64,000 nucleotides of DNA from Raillietiella orientalis (taxonomy: Eukaryota). The translations under genes were made by a program, and so were the position numbers. The stretch is from positions 124,001 through 188,000 of the forward strand of contig JAYWIR010000076.1 in NCBI GenBank assembly GCA_036172245.1, in the 5' to 3' direction. How positions within the stretch are numbered: the first letter of the stretch is position 1; each line of letters begins with the position of its first letter. The notes under the pieces are model-generated. The model was not told the origin of the DNA and did no database searches. It saw only the letters and a program-made list of their open reading frames with translations. Positions 1 through 11,476 of this stretch are shown piece after piece.

Positions 1-264
1 TCGGCAGACCAGGGAAACTTTCGTCAACGCTATCGGACCACTTGCGGTTGATAATAGAGATTATGCCACGCGACAAAGGACCACCATCCAGGGCGTGGCG
101 TATACCAGGGGACTGGACGCGCATCTCCGGTGCAGCGGAACATCTCCGTCAGTTCCTCTGAAGTGTCATACTCCGAAACCTCGAAGACTGGGACCGCATG
201 AAGATCTCGGTATGCGAGTTCTGCGAGAATTTCCCTTTGCACCGCCTGCCCCAGGAATTTGGTG
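1..264 (+). mobile_element. Element Z: ORF2 fragment (end of APE endonuclease plus linker) of an L1/Tx1-type retrotransposon; host of element A
   Basis: Reads LSDHLRLIIEIMPRDKGPP..WRIPGDW..WDRMKISVCEFCENFPLHRLPQEFG, matching the same region of the other copies. Stops abruptly at the 3' terminus of A. Confidence 0.85.
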
Positions 265-3200
265 TTACAACCCGGGTACGCCCAGGACGATTATTAAAAA
301 AAACTCTACAATTGCGGTACCAGGCCCCGCTCACGGCCTTATGCACACGATCTACCGGTACGCCGGGACGCAGCCCGGCGTGGCACTCCCCGGCAGCGAC
401 AGGGGATGGGGAAAAAACAGAAGTGAAATAAAAAAACCACAAACAAACAAAAGAGGTTGGAGGGCAGGGAAGGGATCATCGTTCGCTGAGAGGAGGGCCC
501 ATCCGTTGAAGGAAGCCCTCGAAGTCCATCCGTATCTTCCTTAGTTGGGGCCATCGAGCAGCTCTCCGCAAGAAGCGTTGGGCATATGGGATGACATCCC
601 TCGCGTGTTGACCCACTTCTTCCTTGTTAGTGTCGCTATATGCCGCCACGATGCCACGGACGCAGCACCAGGCTGCAAGGGCTGCGGCTGGATGCAGGGC
701 GTCCTTCACGAAGAGGGGCCGAAGAACGTCTATAGGGAACTGCCCGTAGGGAGACCGAGGATCGTACCAAATCGTTCCCAAAGGGGACGAAGGGCAGCAC
801 AGTCCACAATAAGGTTGGAGAGCGATTCCCGCTCTCCGCACCTGACACACGCAGGATCCACAACTCCTCTTGTCCAGTGAGAGCATAGTGCGTTGCAGGG
901 TAAACCCCAATGCAACAACAGCAACGCCGACTCTTTCCAATTAAGGAGTAGGATCCTGGATTCCTGAAGAAGCGGGGGCCACTTCAGCACATCCATAGGG
1001 ATGACCAGCAGCTCGCCCCATCTTCTCAGTCCTCGCAACTGGACGCTCGGTGTTGTGGCGTCGGCCAGTTCTCCTGTTGTCCAGCCGCTGATCAACTTCT
1101 CGCGTCCCTTGATGCAGCAGGAGACATGCCACCTTGTCGTCCGGCTGCTGTGAAGTGCCCTCCTCAGGAAGGGCAGCGCCGTAGCTAGGCAGGTCGTCTC
1201 TGCCCACGTGCATCTTACTGGAATCTCCAGGAGATTCCGCAGCGTGCGGCGGGCGAAGGGGCTGCATCGGAGACGATTCCACGTTTCGTGGCTCCTCTGG
1301 TTAACCGCTACCCACGTTCCAATATTCACCTCCAGCCAGGCGGGGGAGTTGGCGGGGCAGCAAACCATCCAGCTGTTCTCCTTGGCCAATATAGCCATGC
1401 GCCCGAGCAGTAGGCCGCATCTTCGCATCTTCCGGCCACGGCTCAGAAGAAAAGACGCGAGTCCATCGCACTGGGACACACGGCTGGCCAGGAGGCGGGC
1501 TGGAGTGCACCAAGGAGTGCTCAACATCTTCGCTGCGATGGCGAGGGTTCGCCACTGCAGCTGATTCTCCACGCGCTCCAGCGTCAGGAGGCGAAAACCG
1601 CCGTCGCGACGCGGAGCGCACAAGTCCTTCAGAGGGACTCGGGGCCTCCCCTTGCCCCAAAGGGCGATACGGAGGAGGTCCTTCGTCCTGTTCTTGGATT
1701 CCACGGTGAGGGGCATACAAAAAGCAAGGGGCGGAGGATAAAGGCCGCAAAGGCGTTTCAAACCGCGGCCCGTTCCGGCAAGTGAAACTTGCCTTCCAGG
1801 AACGGGCCGATCGCCGGCTCGTCTTTTTGGAGGCAGCTGGACCACGCTTCCGCAGGGGAGGAGTCCCCCAACGGCACACCGAGGTACTTGAAGCACCTCG
1901 CCGTAGGGATCCCCAAACAGATTCAGTCCTGCTGCCCTGCCCACGCCGCACCTATCGGCACAACCGACGACTTCGCCACTGTTAACCTGCTGTCCGGTCC
2001 CGCGACTGAGCAGATCGAAGAAGTTTCCGTCCGCCTTTGCCGGGGTAGACATTGGCAACAAATGCAGAAGATCGTCGGCGTACGCTGCTACGGCGGGAGT
2101 GCCGGGGCACGAGCTCGGCAAGGGGGCCAAAGTCTCCCTGTAAGCTCTCAGCACCATCTCAAAGTAGGTGCTGAAGAGAAGGGGGCTGAATCTATCGCCC
2201 TGTCTTATGCCCCGCCGCAACGGCACGCCATACACCTTCTGTCCACTGAAAGACACGGTAATCATCGCATTCCGCCAGCAAGAGCGCAAATAGGAAATCA
2301 GGGAGGGTGGGAAGCCCATGCGACCCAGGAGCTCCAAGAGGAGTTCCTGGTCTACACAGTCGAACGCCTTGTGGAGATCGACTGCGAGCGCTAGGGCCCC
2401 CTTCCCCGCCCGGGGATCCCTTTCCAGCCCGTCTGGCGGCCCCAATGTGGGGTTGCCGACTTTCCCTATCCCTTTCTTTTCTCTTCTCTGCAGGTGCACC
2501 CATGTGCTTTCGAAGAAGAGGTTGGCATCCATACTTCGCCCGGGAACAGCATAAGTCTTCTCCGGGCTAATTACCGATTCTGCCACCTGCCCCAGACGCG
2601 AAGCCCATAGCCCTACTATCAACTTGGCGTCCGTATTCACGATCGTGATCGGACGCCAGTTCTTTAAATTCCTGAGGTCTCCCCCTTTCGGAAGGAGCCT
2701 CACTCTGGCTGACCGAAACGAGACGGGAACATCGCCTTCGTCTCGGATCAGCCCGATCAACTTGAGCAGCAGGGGTGCCAGCTCTTCCGTGAAGCTCTGA
2801 AAGAACTTCGCTGGCAAGCCGTCTTCCCCTGGAGCTTTACGCCTCTTGAGCCTTTTGATACCGGCGAGAATTTTGCCGGTGGTAAAAGGCTCGTCGAGGC
2901 TTTCCATCTCCTCGTCCCCTATTGCCGGGGCGCCATCGGGAAGCAAGAGCCGAGAGGCGTTTCGATTCGGGGGCTCCCTGGCGTAAAGGGAGGAATAAAA
3001 ACTCCGCACGACATGCCGTACCGACGCCGGGGACGAACATTCCCGGCCCTGGTCGTCCAGCAAGCTGGCCGACCCGGAGTGCCAGGCTTGGCGTTCGGCC
3101 CCGCCGCGGCACTCGGCCAGGCGACGGACATTAGGGGTTCTTTCGTACCTACGAGCCTGTAGATAGGCTTGATGGTTGCGAGCACCGTCGTTGAATCCGG

Positions 3201-3282
3201 GGGGCAGGCGATTAAGGGGGAACTGCTCACAGAACTCGCGGACCGATTCCTTAAAAAGGTCCCAGTCCTGGAGATTCCGGAG
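265..3282 (-). mobile_element. Element A, 3' part (linker, RT, C-terminus, 3' UTR); continues at 31765-32103
   Basis: RT motifs WRPITIVN, DLHKAFD, GIRQGD, AYADD and C-terminal CVRCGERE. Terminal hairpin motif at 265-295. Interrupted at agattccggag (3272-3282). Confidence 0.9.
476..3282 (-). pseudogene. Element A ORF2 (reverse transcriptase), frameshifted
   Basis: ORF 730..3063 (777 aa) plus a shifted C-terminus ending at 476. Confidence 0.88.
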
Positions 3283-3367
3283 CGTCGAGCGGACGTGTCT
3301 TTTCGTTGCTCCTGAGTTTCATTTCCGTTGGTGCTTGTGCGTGGTGTTGGTGGAGGATTAGGCGGAA

Positions 3368-5016
3368 ATGCCTGATACCACCACCGGTGAGGTTCCGGGG
3401 GCGATGATCTCATTGACTTCACAGCAAATGGAGGTGGGGGCTCCCGCATCAGTGGAGACTTCCGCCAGCACGGATGCGCCCCGGCCCTACCCAAGGCTTG
3501 GAACGCCGTGGCAGCGGCACCTACGCCAGCGGCTATGGCGGAAATGCGCGCTTACCTGAAGGAGTGGTATCACCCACCCCTTCTATATAAGGTAGGCGGT
3601 CTATATCCTCCTGTGAACGCGCGCGCCTTCTCACAGGCGATGCGCGTTCTCGGCGTACAGAAAAAGGAGCTTCTGGCTATGTCCGTCAGAAGCGGGGGTC
3701 AATTTGTGGTAGTTATCTGCAAGGAGGCAACTCTTGCGCACAGACTTCTGCGAACCCCCGTAATTATGGGCAGCCGAAGGCTTCTACCAATTACTGAAGA
3801 CCGGTCGGTGATCATTCACCTGACCGGTATCACGTTCCGGATGACGAAGGAGGCCGTCCGGAACGAATTGGAAAAATTCGCAACTGTCCACGCGCTGTGG
3901 GGAAAGTCTACTCCTTTTGTCGATTACGACGGGGTGCTTGGCGGCCTGGGTGCATCGCGAGTGACGGTTCGCGAGGGATGTGAGGTTCCCCACAAACTCA
4001 CCGTCAACGGTGAATCCGTTGACGTGTGGTACGTGGGGAAACCCAAGTTTTGCGGCTGCTGCAGCAGCTTTGGTCACCTTAAAATGAGGTGTCCGAGCGT
4101 GCAGTGCCAGCAATGCAACCAAGCGGGGCACACCCGTCTTGTGTGCCCCCGAAACACAGTCCGCGTAGTGTCCTCGAAAAACGCGAGAAAGCGCGCTGCT
4201 AAGAAGAGTAAAAAGCTGGCAGCTCGTGTTGCTGCTAAGGAGGTCACTTCCGCCACCAAGGCGAAGGCCAGCCTCGACACCCCGGCGAAAAACGCTGAAA
4301 AGGTCGAGGGTGAGGGTCAAGAGCCAGGGTGGCAGAAGGTCGATCCCAAGAAAAACTCCCATAAGAAGGGAAAGAACGTGGCGAAACGGAGCGAAACCGC
4401 TCTGCGCCGCGAAAAAATTAAAAGCTGCTGCGTCGTTGTAGAGCGGATTCCCGCCATCGACGGATGCGGCGCTAAAGAACTCGCTGCCGCCCCTGCTCAA
4501 CCCTCCGTTGACAAAGTCAACAAGGAGGGGAGCGAGGCGGCGGCGTCCGTCAGCGGAAGGGGAAGCCGGACGCCATACGTCGCCTTCGAGCGCGCCGCGG
4601 AGGAGCTGGCTGCCTCGCTGCAGCCGGTTGCCCCCGAGGCTGGCAAGAAGGCCGTAAGGCGTCCGGCTTCCCCTCAGGAGTCGGCCACTTCCGACCCCGA
4701 GGTGAAGGCCGGAAAGACAGCATCCATCTCCGCGGCACCCCGCAAAAAGGCAGGACGAAAGTCCACAATGCCCCGGAAGATCGTTTCCCCCGACGAAGGG
4801 GAAGAGATGGCTTCCGGTAGCGAGGGTGCCATGAGCGTGGGAAACTCCCGGGACCCGTCGCCCGAGAGAATTCCACGCTCGGACACGGAGGGGATGGTGA
4901 GGATGGAGGCCGAACAGGTACCCCAGGCGCCTGAAGAGGCCTCCGTCCTCGTACCGATGGACCTTTCCTACACCTGCCCCGCGGCAGGTGTCGCGACGCC
5001 ACTTTCCCAGCCATAA
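3368..5016 (+). pseudogene. Element E ORF1, gag-like protein with two CCHC zinc knuckles (one frameshift near 3490)
   Basis: CGCCSSFGHLKMRC and CQQCNQAGHTRLVC knuckles and a basic low-complexity tail. The stop overlaps the ORF2 start (TAATG, 5014-5018). Confidence 0.85.
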
Positions 5017-5167
5017 TGCCGGAAATCGCCTCTCGCCGTCGTCTTCTGATCGCCTGTTGGAACGTGAACGGGCTAAGCGACGACGGCAAGAGGCGCGACG
5101 TGGCCGCCACCCTGGCATCCTTCGACCTGGTGCTGCTGCAGGAGATCCACGTGATCTCCGCAGATCA

Positions 5168-5179
5168 AGCCCGGGAGAT
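5168..5179 (+). repeat. Target-site duplication of B1/B2: agcccgggagat (copies agcgcgggagat 11109-11120 and agcgcaggagat 17070-17081)
   Basis: Three near-identical 12-mers flank and separate B1 and B2. Removing the insert restores the E ORF2 frame A-R-E-I-E-R-I. Confidence 0.9.
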
Positions 5180-5532
5180 TTCTCACCCGGTCACGCCGGG
5201 GCGTTTATTCCATATAACATAACGAAAAAAAGCAATTATACAAAATAAACCAGTTGGGAACCAAACTCCCAACCGACGACTGAACAAGAATGAAGAGAAT
5301 ATTGCTGGCACGCAGGCAAGAGTAACAGTTTTGTGAACGGTGTGGGGGGGCGGGAAACACAAAGAAACCAAAATAAAATAAAAACAATGAATAAGGAGGA
5401 CGGGATAAGGGTCTTTGGGATCGCTCTGGAAGACACGGGGATAAAAGCATGGGCACCGGAACTTTTACCGAGCAAACAAGGACGGGGTATGGGTGGGCAA
5501 GAGGTCGCAGGGGTCACCGGATTACGCCGTTC

Positions 5533-8500
5533 TCAAAGGTGTGTAAACCGGCGATGTATGCCGGTGATGTCCCCATTCACCTTGTCACGAAGATGAGACC
5601 ACCTTGAAGCCTTCTCCATGAATTGTGCTGCAAGCAGGTGAGCCTCCCTTCGCTGCGAAGACAACTCCAGGGCGTAGCGGGCCTTCACGATGGCGCGAAC
5701 GCAACACATGTTTGCGACAATCGCGCCAACCGAAAGTCCATTTCTGCTAAAGAAGCGCCGCAGCACATGAATGGCAGTGCCTCCTTGTGGCATGATGGCC
5801 GAAGTGAGCCTTCGCCACAGTTCCCGGAGGTCACCGCAGTCCAGCAAAAGGTGCGGACAAGACTCGATCTCTCCGCACCTTAAACAGTTTGGCAAAGCAG
5901 CTCCCCCGGAAACGATGCTTCGCTGCCTATTACAGTGAAATGCACAATGTAAAAAGAGCAGCACATCTTGTTTCCACTTAAGGGGGAACACGGAGCTGTC
6001 CAAACAAACGGGAGGAACCACTATCTCTCCGAGGGGCACACTTAAATGTTCGCTCCACCGAAGCAGTCCCTTCGCCCGATTCCGAGGTGTGGCGGCTTGC
6101 ACCAGCTCCTTTGTCGTCCAGCTGCCGAGGAGCTTACTGACTCAACCTATTTTGCAGGAGAACTCCCATTCCGCCGGTAGGCAACCGTCGTTGCTTGCCC
6201 TGAGTGCAGACAGCGCTTCGGCGAGTGATGTGGCGGCCAGACGATCCGCCAACTTCTTGTCCTGCATGACTTCGTCCATTTGATGACTGAGGAGAAGTCG
6301 CAGGCGTCGAAGATCTTCCGGCCGCGTTCCTTCGGAAGCCGCCCACAATGAAAAAGATTCCTGCCGCCATTCATTAATGTTCATGGGGCGGCAGGAGATC
6401 CAGCTTTGGGCTTCCAGCAGTGAGGACAGCTGCCTGAGCGGGAAGCCAAACCCTATTCTGGTGTGCCGAAAGTGGGGTAGCAACGAAAGCAGTCCCTCGC
6501 TTCCCGCGCAGCGCCTCAGTATAAGGCGTGCGTGTAAGCACCACGGCGTACACCACAGCTTGGCACAGAGCCGCAGCATGCGAAACTGCACCTGCAGTTC
6601 GATGCTGTTTAAGTCGAGGATGCCCAAGCCTGAATCCTGACGCGGCGCCACCAAGTCTTTAAGTCTAACACGGGATCTTGCAGCGCCCCACAACGCTTTG
6701 CGTAAGAGGCGCTGCGCCCAGACTTTGACTTCCTGGGGGGGTGGACAAACAAAAAACAGGGGGCGGAGGAGGGGGGCAACGAAGGTGTTCCAGATGCAGG
6801 CCCGTTCCGGCAAGACGAACTCGCCTCCTGAAAACGGGCCAAGTGCACGCTCTGCCTACCGAAGGCAGCCCGACCACGCTTCTGAGATGCAGAAGTCGCC
6901 CAACGGCACGCCAAGGTACCTGAGGTACCTGCCCGTGGGGATCCCCAGGTCGATCCAGTCGGACTGCCCCTCCCACGTCGCACCCACCGGAACAACCATA
7001 AACTTACTCCTGTTAACGCTCACGCCCGCACCGCGACGAATCAACTCAAAGAAGTCTTCAAGCGATGTCGCCGGGGTGGACATGGGCAACAGAAGAAGCA
7101 GGTCGTCGGCATAGGCTGCCACGGCAGGCGTACCTGGACAATGGCTCGGCAGGTTGGCTAGCGTCAGCCTGTAAGCCTCCAGCACCAATTCAAAATAGAT
7201 GCTGAAGAGCAGCGGGCTTAAGCTGTCACATTGCCTAATTCCTCGTCGTACCGGCACGCCGTACACGCGACAGCCACTGAAAACAATGGATGTAATCTTG
7301 TGACGCCAGCAGGAGCGCAAGTACGCCAACAGGGATGCCGGAAGACCCATACGTTCCAAAAGCTCAAGAAGAAGCTTTTGGTTCACGCAATCGAAAGCTT
7401 TGTGCAGATCGACTGCAACTGCACAGGCTACTGGGGTTTCGCTTTGCGACCCGTGCCTCCGTTAGTGAGAGATCGAAGGCGTCGCTACCGCATGACGATC
7501 CATTGCCACGCGATGATTCAATGGTAGCCATGTGCGGATGAACAAGAGGTTCGCGTCCATGGACCGCCCAGGAACAGCATAGGTCTGCTCCGGAATCACC
7601 AAAGACTTCGCGATCCTCCCCATCCGCGCCACCCAAAGTTCCGAGAACAACTTGACGTCCGGGTTCACTAATGTGATCGGACGCCAGTTTTTCAGTTGGC
7701 GCAAATCTCCGCCTTTCGGCAGTAGACGCACCTTCGCTGAGCGAAACGAGGCGGGGACATCGACCGAGTCTCGCATCAGTGACGAGAGTTGGAGCATCAG
7801 GGGGATGAGCTCCGCCGCAAAACACTGAAAGAATTCCGCGGGGAGCCCATCTTCGCCTGGCGCTTTTCGTCTCTTGAGCCCCGAGATGGCCGAGGAAATT
7901 TCCTCTGCCGTGAAGGGCTCATCAAGATGCGCGCTTTTCTCCTCGTCTACAACAGGTGCATCAATCGGCAGAAGCAGCAGGGAGAAGCTGCGTTCCGTCG
8001 GTGCCTCTGCATACAGAGAAGAGTAATAGCGCCTGACTATCCGTCGCACGTCGGCTGGAGCCGAGCATTCCCGGTGCTGGTCGTCGAGCAGAACTGTCGC
8101 CCCTGACTGCCAGACCTGGCGCTCGGCCTTGGCCTTGTACTCGGATAATCGACCAACGTCCGCGTGCCTGGAAAAGGAGCGGGCCTGCAGAAAATCTCTG
8201 CTGTTGGCTACGCCCTCTCCGAAGCCGCGCGGAAGCTGGTGCAAGGGAAACCGGCAGCAGAACTCGCGGACCGATCTTTTCAGATCGTCATAGTCCTCGA
8301 GCTCACTTATGGCAAAGCCGAGGAGGTACTGGCGAAGCTGCTCAGCCGCCTACGGGTGCCTTAGCCAGTCTGCCGGCATCCTCCAAAAACAGTTTGGAGG
8401 CCCCTTGCCTGACGGGAGCAATTCAAACTCGAGCCTGTTGTGGTCTCAAAGCACGGACGGCGCGGGACCTCTCCGACCCACTCGACACAGCAAGTGTTCA

Positions 8501-9087
8501 TCAAGGTATACGTGGTCCGGCGTTGCTGCCATAACAGGATCGCTAGCAAACAAGTTCCACGCGTGCACGGACGCGCACATCTCTTCCGCTAGCAACTTTT
8601 CCCTTTTGTGGGATCTATTCTCGGAGGGAAGGTGGACGTTAAAGTATCCCGCAATCAGATGGGCCACAGTAGGGTGAGATCGAGTGAGCCACTGGCTTTG
8701 AAGGGTACCGAAGAACTCAATCCTTTCGGCCCATCGTCCAGCACCGCTCGGCGCGTATACGTTGGTTATGACAAGGTCGATCGAGTCGGACAACTTGAGT
8801 ACAAGCTGTCCCACTCGGCCTTCCGTGTCGAAACGAACGCTGCGCACCGCTGTTGCCAAAGTTCCTCGCACGAGGAAAGCGACGCCGCACCTATAAAGTA
8901 GCGTTCCGCCCGCGCGCCGCTGGATTTCGGCAGCCTGCTCACCGGAGATGCTGTGAATCTCCTGCAGGAGCGTCAAGTCGAAGGCGCTCCGAGCGTCAGC
9001 CACTAGTCGCCTCTTCTCCTCGTGTTGGAGCCCGTTGACGTTCCAAGACGTTACGGCAACACGACGAGCAGACGCGATTGCTCTCAT
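5533..9087 (-). pseudogene. B1 ORF2 (APE + RT + Cys/His), broken by frameshifts and stops
   Basis: ORF pieces 8446..9090 (WNVNG, LQE, NVYAP), 7462..8244, 6856..7386 (YADD), 6142..6813 and 5533..6102. Confidence 0.9.
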
Positions 9088-10991
9088 CACGGCTGGGAAA
9101 GCGAGGCCGTGGTACTCGCCTCACCCGGCGAGCGGGCAGTAAGCAGCACAAAGGGGGTGGTGGACTCGGTCGCCACCGGCCTCAACTGTGCTGCACGTAA
9201 TCGGGTGCTCCTCCCCGGTATAGAACCTGTGATTTCCGAGGTGAGCACTCGCCGTTCCGCGGCGAGTGTGTCACGCCTCAGGGCTTCAGTCCTGCGGGCG
9301 CTCGCTCCCGCGCGAGATACGCGTCCTTCAGCTGCGTTATCGGACTCCTTAGCGGAGTCTGATGCTCGCACGATCGACGTGCGTTTGTATCCGTCCGATT
9401 GCACCGGAATGGTCTTCTCGGCGGTCACAGAAGCGGACTTGCACGCGTTGAAGGCGCTGGCTTTTTCCTTGGAAGAGTCACAAGCCGCGCGTGTTTTCGT
9501 ATTCCCGCGACTGCTTTTTCCTTTGGAAGAGCTCAGGGATGGAGGTTGCGGAGCTTTTTTTGGGGATTTTTCTTTCCTCCTCTTCACAACCTTCCATTCG
9601 CCTTCGCGATTTTCGGAGGCTTCCGCGACAGTAGTTGCGGAAACCTTCGGGATTTTCGCTGCGTTCTCTGGGGGCGTTGCTTTCGCTACGCCTTTAAAAA
9701 ACGGCAACGGAGTCACCTTCTCGACAGTCGGGAGATTGCTCCTCTCGTGCCGAGTCGGCGATGGGGCGACTGCATGCAGCGTGCTTTTGCTCGTCGCGAC
9801 GCTGCTTTTTACGGTTTTCGTAGCCTTTGCAGTGGGGCCTGCGCTGCAGTGGGGCTGTCCGGAACTCCGGAGGGACAACGGAACGGGGCAAGAAGTCTTC
9901 GCACTGTTGCGATCTTCCTGTTTTCCTACCTTTTCCTCCAGTGTGTTACGGAGATTTCCTGGTTCCAGGCTCGGAAAGGTGCCTGCGAGTTCGGCAGAGA
10001 GGGAAGGCACGGCACGCGTCAAACCCTCGCGCCCCTTTTTAATTGGCTTCCCCGCCGTTACTTTCCCCTTTCGGGGCGTTGCGGGCGGGGATGCTTTCTT
10101 TTTATCCGCGGATCGCTCGTGGTTTTTTTCGAGTTTTAGCGGACGAGGTTCTTTATTTGCCGCTGCGGCTTTTCGTGCAGTGGTCTCTTGAACCCGACGA
10201 ATTTCCGCTGCGGCTCTTTTTCTTGCAAGTACCGGGCACTTTTTGATTTCGTGCCCGGAATCTTTGCAATAGCGGCATCTTGGAGAGGGGCACTCTTTAA
10301 TTCGGTGCCCCTCCTTGCCGCACTGCTCGCACGCGCGACTCTGGCCTATGAACCACAGGTGAACGACCGTGCCGTTCACCTGCAGCTGCTCAGGCACAAC
10401 ACGCCTGTTCGCGACGGTGATCCGCGCGGAGGCTTGTCCAATGTGGACAGAGGGGAAATCCTTAAGAAGATTTCGCCTCCTCCACAGAGCGTGCACGGTG
10501 GCGAACTTCGCCTGCACACTTACGATATCGCGGTAGGAGATTTCCGGTTCGATGTCACACAATTGAACGACAAAAGAGTCGTCCATCGCGGTAGGTAGGA
10601 CTTCCTTGCCATTGAAGGTCAACGGCGTACGGAGAAGGCGCTGCACAAGTGCTGCGTTCTTGTACCGAATCTTCGTATTTTCCATCCTGCCAGGAGGCAT
10701 TATGGCAAGGACTTCCTCCTCGCGAACGCCGATCCGGACGAGCTCATCATTGAGCTCACGACCGATACTCCCGTTAAGGGGCCCACTGACCTTATAACGG
10801 AGTGCAGGCATGTATCCTGATGACACATATGCCTGGAACTCCGCATCGCAGGGTCCTGGTGTTTGGGAGGTAACGGCGGAGTAACTCCGCACCGGGGGCG
10901 AGGAAACCATTACGGAGGATGCGGCCACTTCAAGTGCAGCTGAAGTGCATCCAGTGGCTTGCTCCTCCACACTATCCTGTGTACTGGCCAT
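9087..10991 (-). CDS. B1 ORF1, uninterrupted 634-aa gag-like zinc-knuckle protein
   Basis: CEQCGKEGHRIKEC and CRYCKDSGHEIKKC. Ends in a TGATG overlap with ORF2 (9085-9089). Confidence 0.85.
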   Translation of the reverse strand: MASTQDSVEEQATGCTSAALEVAASSVMVSSPPVRSYSAVTSQTPGPCDAEFQAYVSSGYMPALRYKVSGPLNGSIGRELNDELVRIGVREEEVLAIMPPGRMENTKIRYKNAALVQRLLRTPLTFNGKEVLPTAMDDSFVVQLCDIEPEISYRDIVSVQAKFATVHALWRRRNLLKDFPSVHIGQASARITVANRRVVPEQLQVNGTVVHLWFIGQSRACEQCGKEGHRIKECPSPRCRYCKDSGHEIKKCPVLARKRAAAEIRRVQETTARKAAAANKEPRPLKLEKNHERSADKKKASPPATPRKGKVTAGKPIKKGREGLTRAVPSLSAELAGTFPSLEPGNLRNTLEEKVGKQEDRNSAKTSCPVPLSLRSSGQPHCSAGPTAKATKTVKSSVATSKSTLHAVAPSPTRHERSNLPTVEKVTPLPFFKGVAKATPPENAAKIPKVSATTVAEASENREGEWKVVKRRKEKSPKKAPQPPSLSSSKGKSSRGNTKTRAACDSSKEKASAFNACKSASVTAEKTIPVQSDGYKRTSIVRASDSAKESDNAAEGRVSRAGASARRTEALRRDTLAAERRVLTSEITGSIPGRSTRLRAAQLRPVATESTTPFVLLTARSPGEASTTASLSQP

Positions 10992-11476
10992 GTTGCACTA
11001 TGCTACTTGGCAGATTGCACAGGAACACACAAGTGCGAGCAAAAACGCAGGCACAAAGTTGCCCGATCGTTGGCGCGGAAAGACGCGGAAACACGTCTGC
11101 ACTGTACGAGCGCGGGAGATTTCTCACCCGGTCACGCCGGGGCGTTTATTCCATATAACATAACCAAAAAAAAAAGCAATTATACAAAATAAACCAGTTG
11201 GGAACCAAACTCCCAACCGACGACTGAACAAGAATGAAGAGAATATTGCTGGCACGCAGGCCAGAGTAACAGTTTTGTGAACGGTGTGGGGGGGCGGGAA
11301 ACACAAAGAAACCAAAATAAAATAAAAACAATAAATAAGGAGGACGGGATAAGGGTCTTTGGGATCGCTCTGGAAGACACGGGGATAAAAGCATGGGCAC
11401 CCGAAATTTTACCGAGCGAACGGGGACGGGGTATGGGTGGGCGAGAGGTCGCAGGGGTCACCGGATTACGCCGTTC

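Larger units (their letters stand above)
3283..5179 (+). mobile_element. Element E segment 1 (5' UTR, ORF1, start of ORF2)
   Basis: Begins right after the TSD agattccggag, with the 5' motif GCGGACGTGTCT. ORF2 starts MPEIASRRRLLIACWNVNG..LLQEIH..AREI and resumes ERISGG at 17082. Confidence 0.9.
5180..11108 (-). mobile_element. Element B1, full-length (~5.9 kb) L1/Tx1-type retrotransposon
   Basis: 5' motif GCAGACGTGTT, ORF1, ORF2, 3' AATAAA plus hairpin (5180-5209), flanking TSDs. Confidence 0.93.

Noticed and set aside
3784..5118. Long antisense ORFs over ORF1 regions (3784..5118, 9022..10191, 21141..22493, 29221..30477, 33820..35091)
   Set aside because: Shadow frames of GC-rich, low-complexity ORF1. 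They show no motifs and are not conserved between subfamilies.
5180..5209. 3' hairpin as a Helitron end or bacterial terminator
   Set aside because: No CTRR terminus or RepHel protein, TSDs are present, and the context is eukaryotic LINE sequence.
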